From Gnetum montanum (taxonomy: Eukaryota; Plantae; Gnetophyta): a stretch of 63,888 bases of DNA. The DNA lies in assembly GCA_015680685.1 (NCBI GenBank), contig MNCI01000690.1, positions 584,319 to 648,206 of the forward strand, given 5' to 3'. The first letter of the stretch is position 1. Each line of letters begins with the position of its first letter. This document shows positions 25,501 to 39,200 of this stretch, one piece after another. Made by a program: the position numbers and the translations under genes. The notes under the pieces are model-generated. The model did not search any database. It saw nothing but the letters and a program-made list of their open reading frames with translations, and was not told where the DNA came from.

Positions 25501-26754
25501 TTTTTTAACTAATGCTTCGTAAAAATGGAAAGAGAAAACACGCTAATGCTGCATGCTAATTATTCTACCGCTAAATAATTATAACATGATTATCATCTTC
25601 ACTCACTGTAAATGCTGAAGGAAAAATTTAATAGCTGAAATGGAAAGTATTAATCAGAATAACACTGCTTTAACATGGCCACCAATCGATCTCGTTTGTT
25701 AAATTTGGGTTACATTATGATTAATTTTAGAATAATCTAATATTCGATTGAAATTATATCCCCCTTAAGATTTATGTTAGTTGCACTTTCTTTACAAAAT
25801 TCAGCAACTTCTGCAATGGTTTGATTACAAAGTACCAATTGCATATCATTTTTTGTAGCAAGTACATTTCCTTATTTTCTGCGGCAAGTATATTTCCTTG
25901 ACCCTTTCCTAATTTCCATGCCAGAAACGAATTCGAAATTGGCGTGCAGTTTCAAGTAGTGTCAAGCAAAACAGCGTTTCAACTTGCTAGATAAATTGAT
26001 TAGAAAAATCACATAGGAAGTGCATAGATATCAAACAGTAAAATAAGTGAGCATTCAATGCATAGAAATTAAGAATACACAATACAGAAAACATTCACCA
26101 ATCATTTCAAGCAGAAGGAAAGAGCTGTAACATGACGGCAGTGCTTTTATCAACTCAACAAACACCATAGCATTACCATGGTAAATTAACCATCATCTGA
26201 AATCATATGGATCATCAACATTTCTAGGCAGACTAACCAAGACTCAGTAAGACGGAAATTCAATGGAGTAACCCAGGTATATTCAAAGATCAACTACTTG
26301 AGACACCACATTAAACCCACAATAATTTTGGTGATATGAATCAATCCCAAAATACTTGAACCACATTTATGAGTGTACCCTAAAATTTTGTTGCTTCTAG
26401 CAAAGTTTCAGAAATGAGTGTCATTGCCAAAAAAAATCTTGTACATAATTATCTACAGACACAATCATCAGTAACGCAACTTCGCTAGAAAGATAAATCT
26501 CTTTTTTCAGACCTCTTCTCTGAAAGTATCTGGTTAACATTTTTTTACTTTTTTGACTCAAACAATTGGAAATCTCTTATAATGGCTGAAAATTCTCCAC
26601 AAGACTATTTGGAATAGGTTAGCAATAGTTCTGAAACAGAGTGAAAGTGGTAGACGAACCATAAGATATCATTCCTTTTGAACTTTTATGAACCTTGGAC
26701 ACATCAGATAAGCCAAGCAGTCAACAATGCAACAGCAAAAGGAAGCCATAATTA

Positions 26755-27239
26755 TTATGGTTCTTTTACACTTTGTTTTGGAGAAAGATGTGGGGACTTA
26801 TGAGAACCATTAGGAACAGCAGGTGAAATATCATTCCCTAAAGATGCTTTGTTTCCATTATGTCTGCGTGAATGGTGGGATTGCTGATTTGGCTGTATGG
26901 ATTGATAATTGAAGGAGGCGCTAGCCATATCCTTCAGATTCATCAAGGGGGTAAGAACTTCAACAACATCATTCATTGTGGGCCTAGCCTTTGGATCACG
27001 GCTTAAGCAAAACTGGGCTAACTGAGCTGTCTTTTGAGCACCTTTGATCGAATAGTGTCCATTCAAACGAGGATCTACGAGGCGAAAAACCCTTCGTTTC
27101 TCTGTAAGATAGGGCCGTGCCCACTCAACCAGGTTCTGCTCTTCACTAGGCCGACTTTTATCCATGGATCTTCGACCAGTTATCATTTCCAAGAGGACAA
27201 CTCCAAAACTATAAACATCACTCCTTGATGTTAAATGCC
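26755..27239 (-). CDS. PBL34-like: PBL kinase exon 6 (last)
   Basis: [42 protein letters not shown]...SVKEP* after acceptor TTCCAG|. Confidence 0.95.
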
Positions 27240-30200
27240 CTGGAAGCATACAGGAAAAGTGAATTATAAAAGATTGTGACATTTCTGGCACCATTTTCTC
27301 CTTTAGTCGTTTTTATGTTTTAAAATGCTTTCACAAGGTTTTATTGCTTTTATCTGTATTCATTTGCTTGCATCAGTAGAAATCTTGTAATGACAATTAT
27401 CCATTATCCATCACCGCAGATTTTACTATATAACATAATAATAATAATAAAATCCATAATGTCACATCTTCTTGCCGTTGCTATTTGTAAAAACTGACAA
27501 ATAAAAACTACATGGAGAACACAATAAGTAATCACATTAAATATCAGAATCGAAATAGATTCCAATTGTACATAGCAAAACAGAACGGATATGGAACACA
27601 TTCCAAAATAATTGAACATTTAGAGTTGAGGCTTTATTTTAGCTTAGGCTGTTTATGTTGTAAGAGACTTGCTAGGTACAAATAAATAGAATCAGCACAT
27701 AGAATGCTTCTGATATGCTTCATATGGTTCATGACGACAAGATGATAAATAAAATATTAAATTTCTGTATGGGAAACGAAAACCTATAACTACTATTTGC
27801 CTGGTCACTGTGTTTACCCAATCCCAAAACCAATGATCATGATTAAAACAAACAGGCCCGTGCCATGCTTTATTTTTTTCACTTTACATTATTAATATTT
27901 CTTTAATTTTGCATTTGTCCATTATAAAATGATAAATTTCCAAAAAGGAATCTATAATCTATCAAATAAAGGAACATAAATCCAAATATTTTTCACCCTA
28001 GACCCCAAGAACATATCTTGTTAATTTCTCCCACTAGATCCCCAAGTATACAGTTAGTTAATTGCTTCCACTATGCCCAGTACTCAGACTCGATAATTAA
28101 ATCTGTAAGCCAATAGTGAACAGTGCTAAACACGCCAAAGGCCTCTGTCCTAGCCTTATACATTATAAGAAAATCACCAAAGATGGAAGACAGTTTTCCA
28201 TAAAGTGAACTTGGAGTTTCAATACAAAATGGGTTGCTGAGAGCTAACTTGGAGCAAATCATTGCAATAACATATCGAGGTGCAAACATTATAGGCACTA
28301 CAATTAGAGGTACATGTACTCAAAAAAATTGTCAGCTGAAAATCAAAAACTGACAATTGCCTATGACCTGATTAAAATGTCTATATAGGAGTTATAACCT
28401 TAGATTTATGATACAGTTGATTTTGGTGAAAGCCAACCATAGAAAATCATCTTCAAATTCTTCACCTACTTTAACAGGTTAGTCCATAGTGATGAGATAG
28501 GAATTGAGACAGTAACTGTCATTGCCACTGCTGCTCAAGTTGTATCTGTGCATTTGATATTGCATTTCTATTTAAAACAGTTTCTCCAATCATTGATTAT
28601 GTTATCTAAAATAACATCATAATTGTTTCATAGGGGTTTCTTCGCTATTTATGCTTTCCTACTCGTTTAATTTGGATAACCATTAAATCATTGTCTTTTC
28701 ACTTGTTACATTTTACTTTTAAACAGCTTCTTCAATTATTGTTTCTGTTATCTAAAATAGTATTGTAATTGCTCCAAAAGGCTTTCTTCACTATTTACCC
28801 ATTCCTATTCAGTAAAAATGCTCTCTTAATGATTTATCTATTTACATTTTTGAAATTAAGCTTTAGCAAGTCCTAAACTTGTACCTCTCTCAAAGGCAAG
28901 TTTTGTTGAAGATTGTGGTTTCTATATTTGACTTACCCTTCCTGAATGCATGTTCCAAACTTCTACTCTTACTTTGATACAACCTCTGGATGTTGCCCAA
29001 CATTCTCAATTTTTGTTATCTTCCAGTTAATGACTAAACATCATAGCTTTTCGGAGCTTCTATTTAAAATTATTCCTTTCATCTTCCAGTATAGCAATAC
29101 CATATCTTGATTATATGTACCTACAAGACATATAACCAACCTCATACTTTCATAGAACATACAGAGAATATAAAGGTGCCTCAAGTATGACTCAAACTAG
29201 GAAGCTCTTTCCAGAAAATCCTTGTTAGATGATGAGATAACCACTTGAGCTACCTGCCATTCACAGCATACACCCAATTTGCCTAAGCTTGGTATTCTAC
29301 ATCACATAATTTTTAGATTTCTCACATGGTCAAGTTTCAGCATCAATCTTAATGCCCTCTCCAAAATGACTGTCAACCAACAATGATAAGCCTAACTCTG
29401 TTGTTGCATTGTAACCCTTTCACTAGAAACTCCCAGCATTGAAAAATGACAATGAATTTTAACAGGACAAGGTGACTCTTGGACAGGTTCCAAGAGAAGG
29501 ATCTAAAGTGATACTTCCTTGTAATGATTGTGAACCAACAAAAGGTTATCTACAAGAGTATTGCAAAAATATGGCATCAAATGTCAAAAATGGGTCAAAT
29601 TAGATTGATGCTAGAGCACAGGTTCTCAATGACATATGGTAAGCAAAAGCAGACAAAATTAAACCTTGCTTCACTTCGAAGGAAAGAGCCATAAATATAC
29701 AAGTTTAATTGAGCAACAGACAGCTATTTAGCCTCATTTATATAATCAATTCACATATCCCACTGATAGGCATTCACTGGAAAAGTGCACAGAAAAATAA
29801 TTGATTTTATGATTATTTTTAAGTATAAGAAAGTTAAATAATCTATACAACGCTTTTGAAGGATTCCATAGATACTTTTCAAATGATTGAATGGCTTAGA
29901 TGAAATATAGCAGCATGGGCATATTAAAAGAATTGGCAGCATCCAATAATATGGACTCAATCATACATTTTAGAAACAAGTCTTTGCTTTATATATATAT
30001 ATAAGAATTGAAACAAACGGTGAAAAGACTTGGACAATATTCACAGCATCAAGTTAAATGACAAAAAGCTTTTGTATTCAAAAAGGAAAATTTAGAACAA
30101 TGGAGGTTGTATTTACAGGAACTACTAAACAAAGAATTGCCTAGAGACAAAGTTGAAGATACCAAATCAAATGTAGTAACGACTAACTATATATATGCCT

Positions 30201-33200
30201 TTGAAGTAAAGAAAGGCCTTATGAAGATGAAGAATGGTAAAGCAACTGGACCAGTTGGTATCCCTATAGAGGTATGAAAGTTGATAGGAGATACAGGGAT
30301 CACTTGGTTGATAAATGTATTCAACAAGATTTAGGAGGGGAAAATGCCAAATGATTGGAAGAGAAGCATTATAATACCATCTACAAGAACAAAGGACACA
30401 TACAAAATTGTGGGTACTGTAAAGGCATCAAGCTTATGACTCACATCATGAAGTTATGAGAAAGAGCTATAGAATAACATTTAAGGAAAGAATCAACTGT
30501 TTTTTGAGAATGAATTTGGTTTTATGCCTAGAAGATCAACTATGGAAGCTATCTTCTTGCTAAGACAGTTGATGGAGAAACTTTAGTGTAAAAAGAGTAA
30601 TCTGCATATGACTTTCATTGAGTTTGAAAGAGCTTATGAGTTCCCCAAGAGATTATTTGAAGGATGTTAAAAAGGAACAATATTCATCTTGGGTATATTA
30701 AGCCTATCCAAGATATGCATGATACAGCAACTAAAGTTTGCACAATCTATGGAGACTATAAACATTCCCATGAAGGTAGGGCTACACCACAGATCTGCTC
30801 TAACACCTTATTTGTTTGTCATTATTAAGAATAAGCTAACTAGAGAAATTCAAGACAATATACTTTGTGTATGCTCTTTGTTAATGATATTGTTTTGATG
30901 TATAAAACTAAGGAAGTCCTAGCTGCAAATATGGATATTTAGAGAAACACTCTATAATCAAAAAAGGGTCCAAGATAGTGAAAGTAAAACAGAATACATG
31001 GAGAGCTTTTTTAGTGGAAAATCATGTGATAAAGACATGTAAGCAATTTAGATACTTGGGCTCACTTGTTCAAATGAACAGTGAGATTAACAATGATATG
31101 ACAAACAGAATTCACAATGGATGGAAAAAATGGCAAGAAACAACGCATATGCTCTGTGATAGGAGAATCCCTGCTAGGCTAAAGGAAAAGTTCTATAAAA
31201 CTGCTATCAAACTTGCAATATTTTATGATGCAGAATGCTAGGCAATTCTACAACATCCACCAGGTCAAGTATTCCCCTACAGGGCAATAACTAACGTAAT
31301 TTTCAGATTGACGGGCTTGAAGTTACAATCCACCATTGTGGCACTGTCCATGGCAAATACTTCCCTAGGTCCTAACCAGTAAAGATAATAACCCTTGCAG
31401 GTAAACTTATCATTATATTGCAAACTTGCAATTCCTAATGTTACTGCTATAGTAAACCAAACATTGCTAGTTCTAACTTTTGAAAGATGAAAGCTAAACG
31501 TTGATAGTAAAAGCATACAGGGAATATGCACGATCTGAATAATAACCCTACTGCTATGTCTAATACATCATTGATTGACACAAGAGATGTACTCAAACTT
31601 CAGAATAACAAGAAAAAGACTTGTCAACATACAAATTTACACCATGAAAACACAGTTTGCACTCCCAAATAAACACATAGTATCTATATATGCAATTAAT
31701 AGCTAATCATTAAAGTTCCAAATATGATCATAAACTTTATTGATACTTCCAATGTCTATAACGATTATCATCTTAATAACCTAGAACATATATTAGCCAG
31801 GCAAAGACTTATGCATATATCTCTGTTCTTTCTTAGTGATATGAAAAAACTGAATTCAAAAATAATAATAATAATAATAATAATAATGTGCAGCTAATTG
31901 TATGCAAATCAGTTTGGTAGCATTCAGAGAGATGTTACTTAATAATGCAATGAAACATCATTTTCCGTTTATTATATATAATAGTAACCTTCCTTGTATT
32001 ATGGTTGTTAAGGTCTCCAACTCTCATATGTGAGGACACAAGTTTAATTTATTGGGGAAGGATTGGACCATCAGAAGAAATATCAACATAGTTTGTTTCT
32101 GAAAAGGTTGTGGTTACCCATCCCTCTTATCCTCCATAAATGTGGGAGATAAAAATAAAGAACTGTAGCATTTAGTAATCCATAAGAATTTGCATTATTC
32201 AACCATGTTTAGAAAGATGTGTGTGGCCTCAGATAATCGATAAAATCCTGTAGGATATTGGCAACAACTTATCATCCAACAAAAACAAAATGGTAAGAAG
32301 AAACCTTCTAATCACTTTAGCTTGCTTGGCAATTGATCTAAATTTAGATACTTTGTTAAATGTGAATTACAAACTTACTACCAGAAGTATTCATGGTGTG
32401 GTGCCTCCCTCAATAGACCCCAAAAGGACCCATTCCACAAGCTTCCTAAGCAATTTCAGCTTAGAAGCAAGAGCAAGACAATGAATTGGAGAAAATTCCC
32501 CTGTTTATAAGAAAACTCTCAAAATGTAGAGAATTACATAAAAGATGAGGAGCCAAGTTCAACTCACACCTCTCCCAAGGATCTCAGAGGCCACACATGT
32601 CCCCTCTCAAACCCCAATTGCTCAGAATGGAGCCAAAGCTCAAGACAAAACACTTATAAGAGATTTTCTCAACCTCCCTCAAGTACTCTCCTTTGACTCT
32701 CACTCAAACTCTTCTCTTCTTGCACAAGTTCTCAAGAGACTTCTCAAATCTCTCTTCTCTCACTCTCACCCAAAGTTAGGTCTTGGACTCTTATTTATAG
32801 CTTCTTGGTGTGACCTTTCGTCTTCTCTCCAATTTGCCATTCAATTTGATGTCTATTAAAATCCATATGAGATGTCTTGGAGAAACAAGAGAAGTCTTTC
32901 CTACAACAGCCAGATCTTAGAGGAGACGTCTTGGAATTGAGGAAGGCATCTTGAACGAGATGTCTTGCATGATGGGGAGACATCTTGAACATAGAGGAGA
33001 CATCTTGGGCCTAGAGGAGACATCTCTCTAGACAGGCCAAATTTTCAAGATCCTTGGTTTGAGGTCTAGAACCTCCGGATGTCTCCAAACAAGTCCCCAT
33101 GCAACCAGAACCTCCTAGCCTCATCAAAATGAACCCAAAACACCTTGGAAGCATCATCAAAAGGTCAACACAAGAACACACACACAAACAAGAGATACAT

Positions 33201-36200
33201 ACATCCAAGATACATTGAGGATTACATAAGGGCTAGGTGATGTTCCCATCAATTCACTATGAAATTAAAGAGGTAAGCTTAATCAATTAACCAACATTAG
33301 ATTGCGCAATGGGTACTAATCAAAAATATCATGCTTCTTAAGTTGGATTATGCAAAAATTTATGATAAAATGCAGTAGGCATTTATTATAACCATGTTGA
33401 GATAAAATGGAGTGGTCATTTATTATAGCCATGCTGGAAAAATAAAGTTTGGACTTCTCTTTTTAAGCCCATGTAGCAAAGTAATTTGCTAAAGTTTGTA
33501 TCGTCAAAAACTGTTCCCCACCTGTGATGCAAGGTTGTCCTCTTACTCTTTACCTTTCTATTTTTGAAGCTGAGATTTTTTGGGTATGTTCTTAAGCATT
33601 TTTGTAATCAAACTAAAATCAAAGAAGCATCCTTGCCTTTCTCCATATGTCAAGCTATTAAAAAGCACTTTGTCGGTAACAGTTTTCTTGTATTACAAGA
33701 ATTAAAAAATCCATTAATACAACTCTTGATATGCATTAAGATTACTGTAAAGCTTTTGTTGTTGGGATGAAATGAAATAGAACTCAAGCAATGAGAACTA
33801 AAGTTAGTAAGCATCCAGTATGTTCCATCAGTATCCTTGGAACTAGTCTAAACCTTACGATTTTACTGTAATCTATGTTATTTTATAAGTTTGGGAATTG
33901 CAAATCTGAAATCAAGCTCAGATCTTCCCATCCAAGTAATCATATAGGATTTTCTCTTGCCCAATAAAATATATTCAGCTGCTAACCATGAAATATAAAT
34001 AAATTAATATTAGCAGCTCATAATATTAGTTTTGTTTGTAAATACACTTTAAAAAATTGCATTGTTTTTTCTGCTGCTCATGAACTTAATAAACCAAGTG
34101 TTGCTATTCTTGTTAATAAAAATTGAACTGAAGAAGTTTTGAATTTTGGTTTTGATAACCTTGGAAAAGTTATTTGGATTATTTGTCAGAGTGAAAAAAA
34201 TGATTTTAAACTCTGTAATATTTATGCTCCTAATCATTAAAAAGATCGATCAGAGGTTTGAAAATATATTTTATCTCTACCTAAAATTCCTTGGATTGTT
34301 GAAGGTGATTTCAATATGGTTGAAAGTCATTTAAATAAACTTGGTGGTGTTCCTTCTACTATGTCTTCTTAAGAAAAAGAAGGTTGCTGCAATTTCAAAA
34401 AAAAAAAATATTTTCTTTCTGATGTTAGCTCTTTACTCTCATCTCATTTAAATGAAAAGCATTATACTTGGTGTAATTATTAACAAAGAAATGATAGAAT
34501 TTATTGTCAATTTGATAGATTTTACATCTCTGGTGTTTCCTTTGGAAGCCTACAAGGAACGTAAAAATGCATACAGATGATACTTTATTATATCATTTTC
34601 CTATTAGCATTTTTTTCTCTGATATTAATTCTTCATCCTTTCAAAAGCATAAGCTTTTTCAAATGAATGCTAATATATTCATAGGACCCAGTCAAAAAAA
34701 TATTTTGAAGTCTTTATGGAATGCAGGAAAAAAGCCTACAGGTGATATTGATTGGATTGACTAGTGGCAACATACTACTTGTAAAGTGAGAAATTATGCT
34801 AAATGGTTTGGAAAATACTTTCTAAGTACCTAAACTAGAGTCACTTTATATAAATGATTCCATCATTACAAATCCTAAAATTATTAACAGTTTTTTAGCA
34901 AATAATTTTTCTTCTATTTTTTTCTTCTAAAGGTTTTAGCGATAAATCCTTCCAAGCCTCTAGTACGCATATTCCTCATCTTATAACAAAAGCGCATTGA
35001 AGTATTCTCAAGGCAGAAAATTACAGCAGAAGATATCATAGTAGCGGCCTTTAGTTTAGCATATGGTAAAGCTCTAGGTTTTAATGGTTTTCCTATTGAA
35101 TTTTTGAAAAAGCATTGGGATATTGTGAAAGATTTTCTTTCATGTTTTCTAAGAGGCAATTAAAAAAGTTTCTCTTAGTAAAAATATTAATAAAGGTGTG
35201 ATTTGTCTTTTTCCTAAAAATGGAAATCTTCAACATATTGGTAATTTGAGGCTATTACTCTTTTTAACAATACTTGTAAAATCTTAGCTTCCACCATAAA
35301 AAATTTTTGTACTTCAACATATTACGGTAATTGTACAATTGTAAAAATTTTTGTACTCCAACATTATTTGCAGAGCTTCTACCATGTAAAATATTTTTAA
35401 CGTAATTAGCTTCCACCGTGTATGCTGGCTGGAGGGGAAGGTCCCTCCATTTTTGTAATAACAGACTTGGCAGCATGGTAGAGGACCCTGTTTATCCTGG
35501 TGCAGTCACTGCTTTTTCTAGAAGCCATCTTGTCCTAGGCTTTTGGAGTTGTATAGTTGTTTCTTATTTCTACTTATTATTATAATTCAAACCCTCATGC
35601 AAAAAATTTGACACCAGATATCTGGATGTGCAAAACGATAGAAGGATGATCATTTCAATAACCAAAAGCCAGGCGCTTCGGTGCACTCATTCAAAGAATG
35701 AACACCCAAGGGATCCTCATTGTAACTCCTTGTGAAATGCACGGTTCAATTCAGTATTCAGGGCAACTTGGAAGAACATGCTACTGAAAAACTTTATTGA
35801 GACAAAAATGCCCGTAATCACGCTAATCCAGTATGATGTAGATAGACACTAGAGATCCAAGGCCGAATACCAGTGTCGTTTACCAACTTCCCTCCCTCAC
35901 GAAATAACAAAAGAGCGGCATCTCACTTTAGATTCTAATTGAAGCATAACGTCTTCTAACATGTGGCCCTATTTGATTGCATAGTCAATATTTGTTTTAT
36001 TTTTAACATTTTTTATCTTGAGCTTTTTAAAATTTCATAGTGTTAAATGTACTTCAATTATTCATTTACCTTAAGGAGATTTAGCTTGTTCATAAGGCTT
36101 GTGAGTTTACCCTACAAATCACCGGTTCAATCCTAACAAGTTATACCAACTTATTATACCGATTGTGCATTTCCTATGTTACAAAGATAATTTCCATTGA

Positions 36201-39200
36201 TTTCCAGCATACCACATCTTTGTTTGTTATTGGCATTGACTTTTATCCTTAACTTTCTATAAACTCCCTTGCCCTAGAAATCATAACACACAATTTCCAA
36301 ACAGCTTAGGACATTTCGGCGATTAATCACAGTTTATGAGTTGGGCCAATCAGAAAACAGATCAGCCCAAATCATTTATATTTTTTTTTTTAATTTTCTT
36401 CTATTGTGTCCATGTCCATAGTTTTAATAGCTACTATTAATTCCATGTAGCATATATTGACTATAAAAGACCTGAACACTAGATCAGCAGGCTTATTTTG
36501 CATCTTATTTCAGAGTTATTTAAGATCATGATATATACAGTTTTACACTGAAAGTAAAATTCATTATTTTCATTTTCGTTATTCTAATAATAATTTTCAT
36601 TATGTCATGCCAAAGTTCATAAAGTAAAAATTTCAATCACTTCATAAAGCAATATTCTCTTGCCATGGCTCTTCACAAAAGTACATGAGGTAGGCATGGA
36701 TACTAAAATCAATAAAAATGTCTCAATTATTATCCTAGGAAGAAGAGATGTCAATGACTCTTATTCTAGAAACACTTAACAATTTTAGAACAATCACCCT
36801 TTTTTATGTTTATAATTACTTCAAAATTCAGCAACCTTAAAACTCAGACTAAATCATGTTATTTTAATACCTTGGTCCTTTGGTTCTTCCTTAAAAAAAA
36901 CCTTAACTACCACATCATATCCATTCCTATATAAATGTCAAATAAATGTCAATTAATACACAAAAGACATATTATGTTGCCACTTTGCATTGTTTTTCTT
37001 TTTTTAATGTTCATCATCAACATCAAAGAAATACTAATCGTTAATTTATTTTAAACAAGGAGCTTGGAAAGATAATGTAAATCATGGTAACGGCAAAGCT
37101 GCATTTCAAACCTCAAAATGGATTACGTTAAAAATTACTGATATCAATCTTTTTGTCCATCGATGATGATGCTTACCAGTCATCACGTACTCTGGAGCTG
37201 CATAGCCATATGTTCCCATCACTCTAGTAGATACATGAGTCTTATCTCCCTCAGGACCATCTTTTGCAAGCCCAAAATCGGAGAGTTTAGCATTGTAATC
37301 CTGGATCACAGAGTTCATATATGCATGTTATACTAGGTATTTTTCAATAATTTAAAAACCAATCACTTAAGAGATTACTGTGCAAACCGAGTCTAAGAGT
37401 ATATTGGATGTCTTGAAATCTCTGTATATCACAGGTCTTTCAGCTCCTCCATGGAGAAACGCCAAGCCCTTTGCTGCACCTAATGCAATCTTTATTCTAG
37501 TATTCCAAGGCAAAGGGAGAGCTCCTATAGAAACAAATAGCAAAAGAAATTAAGTTTTGCAATGTGCCAAGAAAAACAAACGCGTACTCTTAAACATTTT
37601 GAGGGATTTTTAATTTAAATGATCCAGCTTACAAAAAGCTAGACATATAAATTTGGTTTAAAGAAGTCAAAGCATAGGATCAGCCAATGATATAATTGAA
37701 GGATGTGAAACCTCACAGATCCTAATAAAACAGCTACTCCCAAATTGATAGAATAAAGACTGAGAAGATCACCACTACGGCTATAAACAACATCAACGAT
37801 AATTACAACACTATTTAGCAGCCAATAATTTAGATGATGCAAATTACAACACTTCAGACATATGAATTTGCTGAAAAGAAATCAAAGCATGGGATCAACC
37901 AATGATATGATTGAGGAATGCAAACCCTCACAAATGCTAATAAAACAGATACTCCTAAATTGATGGATTAAAGGCTAAGAAGACAACTTACTATAAAAAG
38001 AAATAAACACATGGATCCACATAGCTTCTCCTAAAACACCAAGCTTCACTTTGAGAAATAAAATCAATGCTATACACAACAAGCCATGTAATACACGTAG
38101 AATGATATTAAAAAAGATATACATTCTGTAATGATCATGATTGTTGCATAATAGACAACTTTGAGTTGACATTATTAAATGTTTGAAACTGTACCAAACA
38201 GACCTGAGACAAAAATGAGAGCACATATTAATTGTCATTTAACATGACTGAGTGTAGCATAATATAATCACATTATTGATATTCATCAGCCATAAAAACC
38301 CAACTATTCTACTGTTTTACTGCAATCTAGTATCAAAATAGTCTGTGAGCATAAAAGATTCATACAATTGTATTTCATTTATAATGTGTTACAGGATTTG
38401 GAACAAGAAATTACAGAAATGCAATATGTACTGTATTTGAAATGGAATTTTTTGTTTCAAGAAATCCCTGAAACAAGGTAGTGCATGCTAAAAAGTTTAT
38501 TGATCAATTTTTTGATTGATTTCAAGCACAGATCTGGAGATTTCTTATCTTAATATAACACCAAATAAAAATAAGTTGGTTTTTAAAATATGGTAAACTT
38601 GTGCTGCTTTGATAGTTGGAAAAAGAAAACAATATTTAAAGAATTCTAAGCCTTAAAAATTTTAGCAAAAAGTTTTCAGTTAAAATATAACAGTTTAAAG
38701 ATTTCCTTTTTATGTTATGTTTAAGATGGTATGTTAGATTAGTGTTAGAATAGATAGCAATACCAACAATCTTAGCTACTAGACAATTCTATATGTTTCT
38801 AGGTAACTGGAGAACATGTCAAGGTTCAATGAGCCTTAGATTAGCTTAAAAGCAATTACGTGTATAATTTGAAATGAGAAGTAATGGAATTGATGGCCTA
38901 AGTGTTTGACTCATTTGGGTAGGGGCTTAGGACTTACTTACAGTTTCTTACTGTTCATAATGGCTTTGAATGTGTGGTTAGTTTTGTTTCTGTTTTGCTA
39001 ATCTATTGTACAAATTTTTATTTAAATCGCAGAATCAGTTCTTGTTGATAGGTGCTAAGAGTTAATCTAGTAAAGATGAAGTTGTTGGTTTGAACCTTGG
39101 GATTTTAGGCATATTTATTGGTGTTGGCTTTGTTATTGCTGTGACTTTATGTTCTACCTAAAAACAGCATCACCCAAAGGCTCTATGCTTATCCCACCAT

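Noticed and set aside
29175-29262. tRNA gene
   Set aside because: A/B-box-like motifs only, with no cloverleaf. Treated as SINE-derived.
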